Below are positions 15,122-24,027 of a stretch of 32,000 nucleotides of DNA, piece by piece (position 1 is the stretch's first letter; each line of letters starts with the position of its first letter). The position numbers and the translations under genes are program-made. The stretch is from Candidatus Brocadia sp. GTDB lineage: Bacteria; Planctomycetota; Brocadiia; Brocadiales; Brocadiaceae. Below the pieces are notes generated by a model. The model was given only the letters and a program-made list of their open reading frames with translations. It had not been told where the DNA came from and made no database searches. Where the stretch lies: assembly GCA_021650915.1 (NCBI GenBank), contig CP091279.1, positions 3,210,001 through 3,242,000 of the forward strand, read 5' to 3'.

Positions 15122-16165
15122 ATGTCTTTCAAAAATATCTTGTGCCAGGAACGTGTTATAAACTTATTTCAAAAAGCCATAGTACACAACCATCTGGCGC
15201 ATGCATATATTTTTGCAGGTCAGGAGGGGATTGGCAAAACGCTGTTTTCCAAAGAATTAGCGAAAGCAATTTTTTGCCAACATCCGGGTGCGGATGCCTG
15301 TGACACCTGCAATCATTGCCAAAGAATTGATCACGACCAGTTTCCCGATCTGTTTTTCGTACTTCCCGAAAAAAACAGCCGGACAATTAAAATTGAGCAA
15401 ATAAGAGAGTTGCAGGAGGTTGTTCATATCAATCCTCTTGAGTCAAAGTACAAAATTGCGGTTATACAGTCCGCCGACAAGATGAATGAGGAATCGTCAA
15501 ATTGTTTGTTAAAAACACTAGAAGAGCCGCCTTCCTATGCTCTTTTGATATTAATCGTAACTTCTTTAGAGCCGGTACGGGAAACGATTCGGTCACGATG
15601 CCAAATCGTGCGATTTTCCCCTTTATCGGTGTCTGCAGTAAAACGTATCCTTATCGATCGTTTTCAAATGGATGCCAAACAGGCAGAACGTCTGGCATAC
15701 CTCTCCAATGGCAGTATCGAGCGGGCTGCACTCCTTTCCAACACCCGCGCCCTTGAAAATAAAAACTGGCTTGTCGACCGGATTTTAACCTTGGAAATGA
15801 ATGATAATTTATCTTTCGCAAAAGAATTATTCGAAGAATGGCATATTCAGGACCTGGAAGTGTTGGAGGAAAAACGGTTGCAGGTAAAAGAGCTCATCCT
15901 CTCATTTCTCCTGTATTATCGGGATTTGCTTGTCTGTAAGACCGGGGAGAGGGATATATCTCTTCATTATTCTGATTGGCAAGAGGCGTTACGGTCGAAA
16001 AGCAAATCATTCTCCGAAGACGTGTTGTTTCATATTATCCAGGTAATCAGGACGTCACTGGAACATCTTGATCGTAATGCTAATATCACTTTGCTGCTGG
16101 AGAATATGATAACGAAGATACTCCATCTTCAATCTGGTCGCAGGACCACGCAATCGTTTTTTTAA
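15122..16165 (+). CDS. holB: DNA polymerase III delta-prime subunit
   Basis: 347 aa. Carries HAYIFAGQEGIGKT, the Zn module CDTCNHCQRI, LLKTLEEPP and the SRC motif TIRSRCQIVRF. Confidence 0.9.
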   Translation: MSFKNILCQERVINLFQKAIVHNHLAHAYIFAGQEGIGKTLFSKELAKAIFCQHPGADACDTCNHCQRIDHDQFPDLFFVLPEKNSRTIKIEQIRELQEVVHINPLESKYKIAVIQSADKMNEESSNCLLKTLEEPPSYALLILIVTSLEPVRETIRSRCQIVRFSPLSVSAVKRILIDRFQMDAKQAERLAYLSNGSIERAALLSNTRALENKNWLVDRILTLEMNDNLSFAKELFEEWHIQDLEVLEEKRLQVKELILSFLLYYRDLLVCKTGERDISLHYSDWQEALRSKSKSFSEDVLFHIIQVIRTSLEHLDRNANITLLLENMITKILHLQSGRRTTQSFF

Positions 16166-16284
16166 TATCAGGCATGTTACATGCACAGCCAAGCGGCAAC
16201 GAACTCCTTCCTATCAGGGGGGTTAAAAAACGTGTGGAAAACCAGACGATTGTCATCGGGGAAATAGACGGATCGGGAGATTCC

Positions 16285-17568
<1,284 letters not shown>

Positions 17569-17847
17569 CTATGCCTCCAGGGATTCAAATACTTTTCATA
17601 TGTATCTGATTCGTGAATTCGTAAATTCGATGTGCGTTTTATTTTACTCGTAATTTTAAAGCATGCAAGGGAATTCAATTATTTTGCTGCTTCCAGGATT
17701 TAGACGAAAATAAAAAAGGGGTAGCATCAGATAATTCCATTATGCATTCAAGATGGCACTAGTATACAGACATATTAATTACAAATTATATATTGTGGAC
17801 AATTTTAGCTATATCGCACCGCAAAACAGCATTTATATGTTTCGTTA

Positions 17848-18405
17848 TTAATATGTCTCTACACTAGTCCAATGCCAATTTGTTAAATTTTTCACTGCCT
17901 CTTTGTTTTTTGCCATAAGAGTGATCCCCCGCCCTACCTGCCCTATCGCTGCATCCAGAGAATCAAATACCCTATTAGCAAAATAGTCACGCCGAAGTAT
18001 ATTCCATATCTGCTCTGCCGGGTTCAACTCAGGGGAGTATGGCGGCAAAAACACCAGCGATATGTTTTTGGGAATTTCAAGTTCTTTGCCTTTATGGGAT
18101 GATGCACCATCAACGATCATAACAGTAAACTCATCTGGATGTGCCTTGCTTACCTGTTTGAGAAAACAACTCATACTTTCCGTATTCATCTTTTCCCTTG
18201 TCATATGATCAATATCTCCGTCCCACGGACTTACCGCTGCATACTCATACCGAAACTCCCGCACCAGGGCAAGATTAACCACTGGTCTGTGGGGCGATGG
18301 CGCCCAGCAGGCACGAGGATCACTCATCCGCCCAAAGCGGGCCTCGTCCTGCAACATAAGGCGAACCCGGAGATTGTCCTGGTTTTTTACGCAGGCGGTA
18401 GCCAC
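17848..18405 (-). CDS. IS630-family transposase, DDE catalytic part (orfB, -1 frame)
   Basis: Carries LMLQDEARFG, VMIVDGASSHK and LPPYSPELNPAEQIWN (the DD..E signature). A -1 shift at the A7 run gives ...EELKKNLPELVATACVKNQDNLRV..., a fused product of ~349 aa. Confidence 0.85.
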   Translation of the reverse strand: MATACVKNQDNLRVRLMLQDEARFGRMSDPRACWAPSPHRPVVNLALVREFRYEYAAVSPWDGDIDHMTREKMNTESMSCFLKQVSKAHPDEFTVMIVDGASSHKGKELEIPKNISLVFLPPYSPELNPAEQIWNILRRDYFANRVFDSLDAAIGQVGRGITLMAKNKEAVKNLTNWHWTSVETY

Positions 18406-18896
18406 CAGTTCCGGAAGGTTTTTTTCAACTCCTCCTGCGCAGATCGATTACTCTTGGGATGCTTGGTGTCAGGTCGCACCTTTCTCCATCCATGACGCGC
18501 CAGTAATCGATATGTCGTTGACATATGCGTAGTATGTCCAAGTCGTTTTACCAGAGCTGCGTGAATAGGAGGTACAGAAAGAACACCACCTGTTGTTGCC
18601 TCTGCTTCCCATGTTGATAGGAATTCCCGCTCATCCTCTATGGGTAAAGAGAAACGACGCCGTCCGCCCCAGGAATTCCTCGGGACATCATCTTGATAGC
18701 GAAATTCCTCTCGATTGCGAAAGACTGTTCGGCGGCTTGTTCCGAGCACTTCTGCCGTCTTTTCCGCATCAAGGCCAATCTCGGTCATCAACAATACCGA
18801 TAATGCCTTGCGAAGCTCTGCGGCAGTGATTGCCTCATCGCGAAGTTTACGGGCTTGACGGATTTCTCCTTCGGTTGTATGCGTTATTCTTGCCAT
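18387..18896 (-). CDS. IS630-family transposase, N-terminal HTH part (orfA)
   Basis: 169 aa. It is rich in HTH-like segments (TAEVLGTSRRTVFRN; STTYRLLARHGW). It ends shortly after the A7 run (T7 on the + strand, 18419-18425). Confidence 0.85.
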   Translation of the reverse strand: MARITHTTEGEIRQARKLRDEAITAAELRKALSVLLMTEIGLDAEKTAEVLGTSRRTVFRNREEFRYQDDVPRNSWGGRRRFSLPIEDEREFLSTWEAEATTGGVLSVPPIHAALVKRLGHTTHMSTTYRLLARHGWRKVRPDTKHPKSNRSAQEELKKTFRNWWLPPA

Positions 18897-19029
18897 GGGT
18901 CACCTCCATGGCAAGATTATGCATTGGTGACATCTTGAATGCAATGTAGAATTAGTTTATTTTGGGTTGTTTTGGGATATTGTGTCCACATTTTGTTCAC
19001 AATTTTATTGATTCTGAGTGTATCGCATA

Positions 19030-19257
19030 TTATTTCATAAGCTCTTGTATTTCATCCTTACCAATACCTGTTTGCTTTAAAATCTCATGTAAAGTTCCTT
19101 TAGGCCGGTCTTTTTTATGAAATGGGACAACAACCCTTTTTTTGTTTTCTGGGTTGTAGTAAATATGATGGCTGCCTTTAGTCCTATCAAGAATAAACCC
19201 TTTTCTTTCAATGAGCTTAATAACCTGTTGAGAAGTAAGCGGCGGAAGTTTAGGCAT
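19030..19257 (-). CDS. hicA: HicA-family mRNA interferase toxin
   Basis: 75 aa. Reads LPPLTSQQVIKLIERKGFILDRTKGSHHIY, a dsRBD-like fold with the conserved GSH motif. Its ATG overlaps the hicB stop (ATGCCTAA). Confidence 0.85.
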   Translation of the reverse strand: MPKLPPLTSQQVIKLIERKGFILDRTKGSHHIYYNPENKKRVVVPFHKKDRPKGTLHEILKQTGIGKDEIQELMK

Positions 19258-19483
19258 GAGATTGTATCGTTAAAGTATATTCCAGGGTATCTTCCTCTGT
19301 GGGTATTTCTTCACCATGTATTTTCAAGCTTTCTATATACAGCTCGATTGCTTCTTTTGCCATTTTGATTGCACCTTCAATAGTATCGCCATAGGTAACA
19401 CAGCCTGGTAGAGAAGGAACAATTACTGTATAGCCACCCCCTGGTTCTTTCCTGAGTAAAATCCGATAATTAAGTAATTTCAT
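19250..19483 (-). CDS. hicB: HicB-like antitoxin (short form, no obvious DNA-binding domain)
   Basis: 77 aa. Reads YRILLRKEPGGGYTVIVPSLPGCVTYGDTIEGAIKMAKEAIELYIESL, the HicB/UPF0150 N-terminal fold pattern. Confidence 0.8.
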   Translation of the reverse strand: MKLLNYRILLRKEPGGGYTVIVPSLPGCVTYGDTIEGAIKMAKEAIELYIESLKIHGEEIPTEEDTLEYTLTIQSHA

Positions 19484-19768
19484 GATTTATCTTCCTTTTT
19501 AAAAAGATTGATTTTTGTTTTAAACGGTGGAATTCAATAAGGAGCATTCACTGATAAGTCTTTTAAAATTATACTCTTTTTGATGCTTATGGCAATAAAT
19601 TTTACATTCGCAATTTCTTTGGGTCATCCTAAACGATTCTGATTGCCTTTTTGTTCTATAGAGTTGTGTCCATGCTAAGGAAAATCACAGTTGCCGCAAA
19701 GTCGCTAAAACACGGTGGTTTTTGTTTGACCTAAATCCTGCAACAAGGCTTTGCCTTGTTTGCAGGAT

Positions 19769-20219
19769 TTAGGTAACATAAATCTTTTTCAAATCACAAT
19801 CCGCCCTGCCAATAACAACAATGTCATCTTCTTCAAGAGAGGCTACATATCGAAAATCATGCCCAGCCGGTGATTGAAGATATTTCTTCGGTATCCAGAG
19901 TTTTTTCAATAATATGTTCAATGGGTATACTTCCCATACCACCGGAAATATACCCGGCCACAAGGGGCACCGAATAGCCTTCCTCTTCATTGATCTTCTG
20001 TTCGGGTAAGACAAGGTAGCGATCCTCATCGGCGAGAAGCCTTTCCACACTTACCCCTAAAATTTTGGCGACCTCGTAGGTATTGGAAACACTAATATCA
20101 CTTCCACGCATAATACTGTCAATGATGGATCTCTTGAGGCCTTTGCTAATCAAGACATGAGTTCCACCAAATTTTTTTGATAATTTTATGTAATTGTTTT
20201 TCAGAGGCATACAACACAT
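19769..20219 (-). pseudogene. Phage cI/XRE-type repressor remnant, frameshifted and with a degenerate peptidase-like C-terminus
   Basis: The HTH reads YIKLSKKFGGTHVLISKGLKRSIIDSIMRGSDISVSNTYEVAKILGVSVERLL, followed by VPLVAGYISGG. The frame breaks near 19880-19900 and continues in ORF 19769-20050 (...HDFRYVASLEEDDIVVIGR...). There is no intact GDSM...K S24 signature. Confidence 0.55.
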
Positions 20220-20427
20220 ATGCTTCCTGTGATGTATTTTGTTATTGACAAATACAACACTAAGAGGATAACTCCTAAAAGTTAAAACAAATAATCTCGA
20301 TAATGGCAAACCCAGGGCGGCCTGGGGGGCGTAAAGTGTAGGGTCTTTAGAGATAAAGACAGCCTTACTGCCGAAAGATGATGAATGTACTAAACAAGAC
20401 AAGCAAGAAATTTGTGTGTAAAAAATC

Positions 20428-20471
20428 AAGGCAGATCATACCTGCAAGGTATTGCGGGTATCATCTGCCTT
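20428..20471. terminator. Strong extended hairpin with flanking A6/T-rich runs (bidirectional terminator-like)
   Basis: AAGGCAGATCATACC-TGCAAGGTATTGCG-GGTATCATCTGCCTT: a 15-bp stem with one mismatch, plus an inner GCAA/TTGC stem. On the - strand it is followed by GATTTTTT. Confidence 0.45.
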
Positions 20472-20535
20472 TCTTATTTGAAGTGATATGAGTGACATGA
20501 AAAACTTTGGGTCTTTTAACAACATGATGAGATAA

Positions 20536-20859
20536 ACGAATCTGGTTGTTAAAAATAAGACAGGTCAATATTACTCTGAAGATAAGTTAAGAAATATATG
20601 GGATGATGTAAGGGAGGAAATAGGCCTGAGTAAATCAATTAGACTTTATGATGTCACAAGACACAGCGTGGCATCGCAATTGGTAAATAAAGGGGTTCCG
20701 CTTCTTAGTGTATCACGTTTACTTGGTCATAGTAATACAAAGATGACAGAGCGATATGCACACACAGATTTAGAAAAGCTAAAAGTTGATATTGCAAACC
20801 TGTCGCTGCAAGGCGAAACTGTCACCAAGCTGTCATCAGAAGAAAAAACGGTTTTATAA
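20536..20859 (+). pseudogene. Tyrosine recombinase (phage-type integrase), C-terminal fragment only
   Basis: The frame is open from 20536: ...KNKTGQYYSEDKLRNIWDDVREEIGLSKSIRLYDVTRHSVASQLVNKGVPLLSVSRLLGHSNTKMTERYAH... It has the HxxR, LGH and catalytic Y boxes. The N-terminal core-binding domain and first catalytic Arg region are missing, and an in-frame TAA sits at 20533. Confidence 0.8.
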
Positions 20860-20884
20860 GTGCTTTAATACCAGGGAGATAAAA

Positions 20885-20958
20885 CGAGGCCGACGGGACT
20901 CGAACCCGCAACATCCAGATCGACAGTCTGGTACTCTAACCAATTGAGCTACGGCCCC
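20885..20958 (-). tRNA. tRNA-Asp (anticodon GTC)
   Basis: Reverse strand reads GGGGCCGTAGCTCAATTGGTTAGAGTACCAGACTGTCGATCTGGATGTTGCGGGTTCGAGTCCCGTCGGCCTCG. It folds by eye into a cloverleaf with anticodon loop CT-GTC-GA. CCA is not encoded. Confidence 0.9.
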
Positions 20959-20996
20959 AATGGTAATGGCAATTTCACCTTTGTAGGGCAAATTAA

Positions 20997-21073
20997 TGGT
21001 GGGCGATATAGGACTCGAACCTATGACCCCTTGCTTGTAAGGCAAGTGCTCTAGCCAATTGAGCTAATCGCCC
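20997..21073 (-). tRNA. tRNA-Val (anticodon TAC)
   Basis: Reverse strand reads GGGCGATTAGCTCAATTGGCTAGAGCACTTGCCTTACAAGCAAGGGGTCATAGGTTCGAGTCCTATATCGCCCACCA. The anticodon loop is CT-TAC-AA and CCA is encoded. Confidence 0.9.
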
Positions 21074-21123
21074 GTGTGGGAAGTCAAAGTATATCATCTC
21101 ATTTTTCATGAGTCAATAGAATT

Positions 21124-22608
21124 CTAACGTTTCCACGTCATTGGCAAGAAGAGGAGGATTAAACTATAAATTTCCAGTCTGCCTAAGAGCATACAGAAGC
21201 TCAAAACCCACTTGCCTGCATAAGCCACGTCACTAAAGTTAGCCATGGGGCCAACCTTTGCCAGGCCTGGTCCACAGTTGGCCATGCAGGTTGCTACGGC
21301 TGAAAAGGCAGTGATTATATCCGTGTTCATCGTCATTAATGCCATGGAAGAGATGCCAAAGCATCCTAAATAGACAACAAAAAACACGGAACTCTCGGTA
21401 ATAATTTCTTCACTCACCGATTCCCCGTTGAGTTTTACATGTTTTACCATGCGTGGCCGCAATATGCGCGTCAATTCTCTGAAGCTCGACTTTAGCAAGA
21501 GTAATATCCGTACGCATTTTATGGCGCCACCCGTTGAGCCTGCACATGCTCCGATAAACATTAATAAGACCAAGAGAAAACGACATGCATTTGGCCATTG
21601 ATCAAAATTTGCGGAAGCATGTCCGGTTCCCGTGCATACCGTGATTATCTGAAAAAAGGCATATCGAAAAGAATTTCCTAAATCGCAATAACGGTTGTCC
21701 TTGATCCCACCATTAAAGAATTCTGGCCTGCTAAAGTACAGCGTTATCGCTACAAATATAATTGCTGTCAAAATGACACCTGAAAAGAATTTGAGTTCCG
21801 AATTCCTAAAAACCTTCTTAAATTCTTTTTGAAAACACTGATAGTAAAGTGAAAAGTTACATCCGCAAATAAACATGAAGGTGGCGACGGTAATTTCTAC
21901 ATAAAGATTGTTATAAAAGGCAATACTGGTATTTTTTGTAGAAAAACCTGCGGTAGATACGGTACTGAAGGTATGACATATCGCATCAAAAAGGGGCATC
22001 CTCCCACAGAAGAGGGCCAATACCATAGCGGCAGTAATAATGAGATAAATGAGCCATAGTAATTTTGCCGTCTCGCCTATCCGTGGTTTTAATCTATCGG
22101 CAGTGGGGCCGCTGACCTCGGCGCTAAAAAGTTGATAGCCACTAATCCCCAAAGCAGGCAGCAAGGCAACGAAGATAACGATAATTCCCATGCCACCTAA
22201 CCAGCAAGTAAATGCCCTCCAAAAGAGGATGCTCCGGGGCAGTATCTCAACATCCTTAAAAATAGATGCCCCTGTGGTAGTAAAACCACTGGTTGTCTCG
22301 AAAACAGCGTCACAATACGTTGTGCATACGCCAGACAACCAGAAGGGAAGCGCGCCCAGAAAAATACACACGATCCAGCTAAACGTTACAATGGCAATAC
22401 TCTCCCGAATGCTGATTTCCGCGTCTTTTTTTCTAAAAAATGCCTTGCTTAATCCACCTAAGATGCCGGTAATAATGATGGCATAAATGAATGCCCACAT
22501 TGCGGCATCATCGTTATAATAACAGGCTACGCCGAAGGGAATGAGCAGGATTGCAGCCAGCATGAGCACTAGGTTGCTTACCGTATATAAGACAACAGAA
22601 AGATTCAT
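21124..22608 (-). CDS. trkH: Trk/Ktr-type potassium uptake membrane subunit
   Basis: 494 aa, polytopic. It has repeated pore-loop-like TTTGFTTTGAS, STAGFS, CTGTGHAS and AGSTGG motifs typical of TrkH. Confidence 0.9.
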   Translation of the reverse strand: MNLSVVLYTVSNLVLMLAAILLIPFGVACYYNDDAAMWAFIYAIIITGILGGLSKAFFRKKDAEISIRESIAIVTFSWIVCIFLGALPFWLSGVCTTYCDAVFETTSGFTTTGASIFKDVEILPRSILFWRAFTCWLGGMGIIVIFVALLPALGISGYQLFSAEVSGPTADRLKPRIGETAKLLWLIYLIITAAMVLALFCGRMPLFDAICHTFSTVSTAGFSTKNTSIAFYNNLYVEITVATFMFICGCNFSLYYQCFQKEFKKVFRNSELKFFSGVILTAIIFVAITLYFSRPEFFNGGIKDNRYCDLGNSFRYAFFQIITVCTGTGHASANFDQWPNACRFLLVLLMFIGACAGSTGGAIKCVRILLLLKSSFRELTRILRPRMVKHVKLNGESVSEEIITESSVFFVVYLGCFGISSMALMTMNTDIITAFSAVATCMANCGPGLAKVGPMANFSDVAYAGKWVLSFCMLLGRLEIYSLILLFLPMTWKR

Positions 22609-22637
22609 AATTTATGTGGTTTAATCCATGGAAGAAT

Positions 22638-23999
22638 TTATGTTCGGTCTTTCTTGCTGATGAAAAGGGATTGAACCTTTTCTACGGCATGGGGCAGGGC
22701 AAAGACGATGACCCTCTCATCAGGGTTAATGATGGTATTGCCTGCAGGTATCTGCATGGCGCCTTCGCGTACAATGGCGCCCAGGATTGAACCTTGAGGA
22801 AAGGGTATTTCGCGGAGGGGTTTACCCACGATCTTTGAACCTTCCACAGCTACCAGCTCTATGGCCTCAGCATCACTTTGCTGAAATTTTACTACGGAAA
22901 GCGTGTGCCCGCGCCGGATATGCTGTAATATAGAACCCACCGTAATGAGACGTGGATTAATTACGGTATCCATGCCTAATGAATTGATAATAGGCACAAA
23001 TGCCGGGTCTACCGTGAGCACGATGGCCTTCTTTGCGCCAAGTCTCTTGGCTAACAATGCAGAGAGGATATTGGCCTGTTCGTTCTCTGACACTGCCACG
23101 AAAAAATCGGCGATGTCGATGGATGCTTCCTTCAGGAGATCGATGTCAAGGGCGTTTCCCTGCAGGATGACCGTTTTATCAAGCACCGTTGCGGCCTGCT
23201 GGGTTTTTTCACTATCGGATTCTATCATGGTCACCTGAATTTTTTGTGCCTCCAGTTTTTTCGCCAGCTCAATACTCGCACGATTTACGCCGTAGATAAC
23301 GACCTTTTCTACTTCGTCTGCGCGCCGATTGACCATCGGCAGAAAATATGGCAATGCCGCTTTTGCAACGAGCACAAAAATGGTGTCGTGCGGCAGTATC
23401 TTGGTTTCACCCGTCGGAATAACCATTTCATCGTTTCGCTGGATGGCAACGATGAGAAATGAATCGGTAGATTCGACTTCCTTTAATTCAGAGAGTTTTT
23501 TCCCTGCGATGGGGGCGTCGTCTGGCACGTTGAACCCCCGCAAAAGGATATCGCCCTCAGTAAAATCGGCTACATAGGTGGCCCCCGGCGTCCCAATGAT
23601 ATTCAGGATGGAATCCACCGTTATCTTTTCCGGATTTACCACGTGATCTATGTGGAATCCGTTTTGATGCATGACCGGTTGCTCATCGCTAAACTCCGGA
23701 CTTCTTATCCTGGCAATTTTGGTTTTGACACCATAATGGTGGGCGATCATACATACCACCATATTAATCTCATCACTGTTGGTAACCGCCAGCACCATAT
23801 CGGTGTCTTTTATCCCCGCTTCTCCCAGGACTGCGAGAGAACTGGCGCTTCCTGACACAACAGAAACGTCCAGCTTTTCACTAATCCGTTTTACGAGTTC
23901 ATGGCTTTTTTCGATAACGGAGATGTCGTGCCCCTCTTTTGATAGTTGCTTTGCCAGATTAAAACCAACGGCACCCGCACCAATAATAAGTATTTTCAT
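22638..23999 (-). CDS. trkA: Trk system NAD-binding (RCK) subunit
   Basis: 453 aa with tandem RCK halves. It begins MKILIIGAGAVGFNLAKQL, and a second Rossmann-like start is at VVIYGVNRASIELAKKL. Confidence 0.92.
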   Translation of the reverse strand: MKILIIGAGAVGFNLAKQLSKEGHDISVIEKSHELVKRISEKLDVSVVSGSASSLAVLGEAGIKDTDMVLAVTNSDEINMVVCMIAHHYGVKTKIARIRSPEFSDEQPVMHQNGFHIDHVVNPEKITVDSILNIIGTPGATYVADFTEGDILLRGFNVPDDAPIAGKKLSELKEVESTDSFLIVAIQRNDEMVIPTGETKILPHDTIFVLVAKAALPYFLPMVNRRADEVEKVVIYGVNRASIELAKKLEAQKIQVTMIESDSEKTQQAATVLDKTVILQGNALDIDLLKEASIDIADFFVAVSENEQANILSALLAKRLGAKKAIVLTVDPAFVPIINSLGMDTVINPRLITVGSILQHIRRGHTLSVVKFQQSDAEAIELVAVEGSKIVGKPLREIPFPQGSILGAIVREGAMQIPAGNTIINPDERVIVFALPHAVEKVQSLFISKKDRT

Positions 24000-24027
24000 A
24001 ATGCCTTGCTCATGCCTCGCTTAATAA

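Larger units (their letters stand above)
17732..18954 (-). mobile_element. IS630-family insertion sequence flanked by TA
   Basis: Left end is TA|ATTCCATTATGCATTCAAGATGGCAC. The reverse complement of the right end is TA|ATTCTACATTGCATTCAAGATGTCAC, giving ~26-bp imperfect IRs. The length of ~1.22 kb, the TA at 17732-33 and 18953-54, and the two overlapping transposase ORFs all fit the family. Confidence 0.8.

Noticed and set aside
17788-17819. Gapped similarity between sequence inside the IS630 3' region (ATATATTGTGGACAATTTTAGCTATATCGCAC) and sequence just outside its other end (18976-19028, GATATTGTGTCCACATTTTGTTCACAATTTTATTG...TATCGCAT). It might indicate nested insertion into an older copy.
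   Set aside because: The matches are short (8-10 nt blocks) and AT-rich, with large indels. This is not distinguishable from chance without alignment statistics or other copies.
20854-21045. 63-aa ORF (-) between the integrase fragment and trkH.
   Set aside because: It is entirely explained by the tRNA-Asp and tRNA-Val genes on the same strand.
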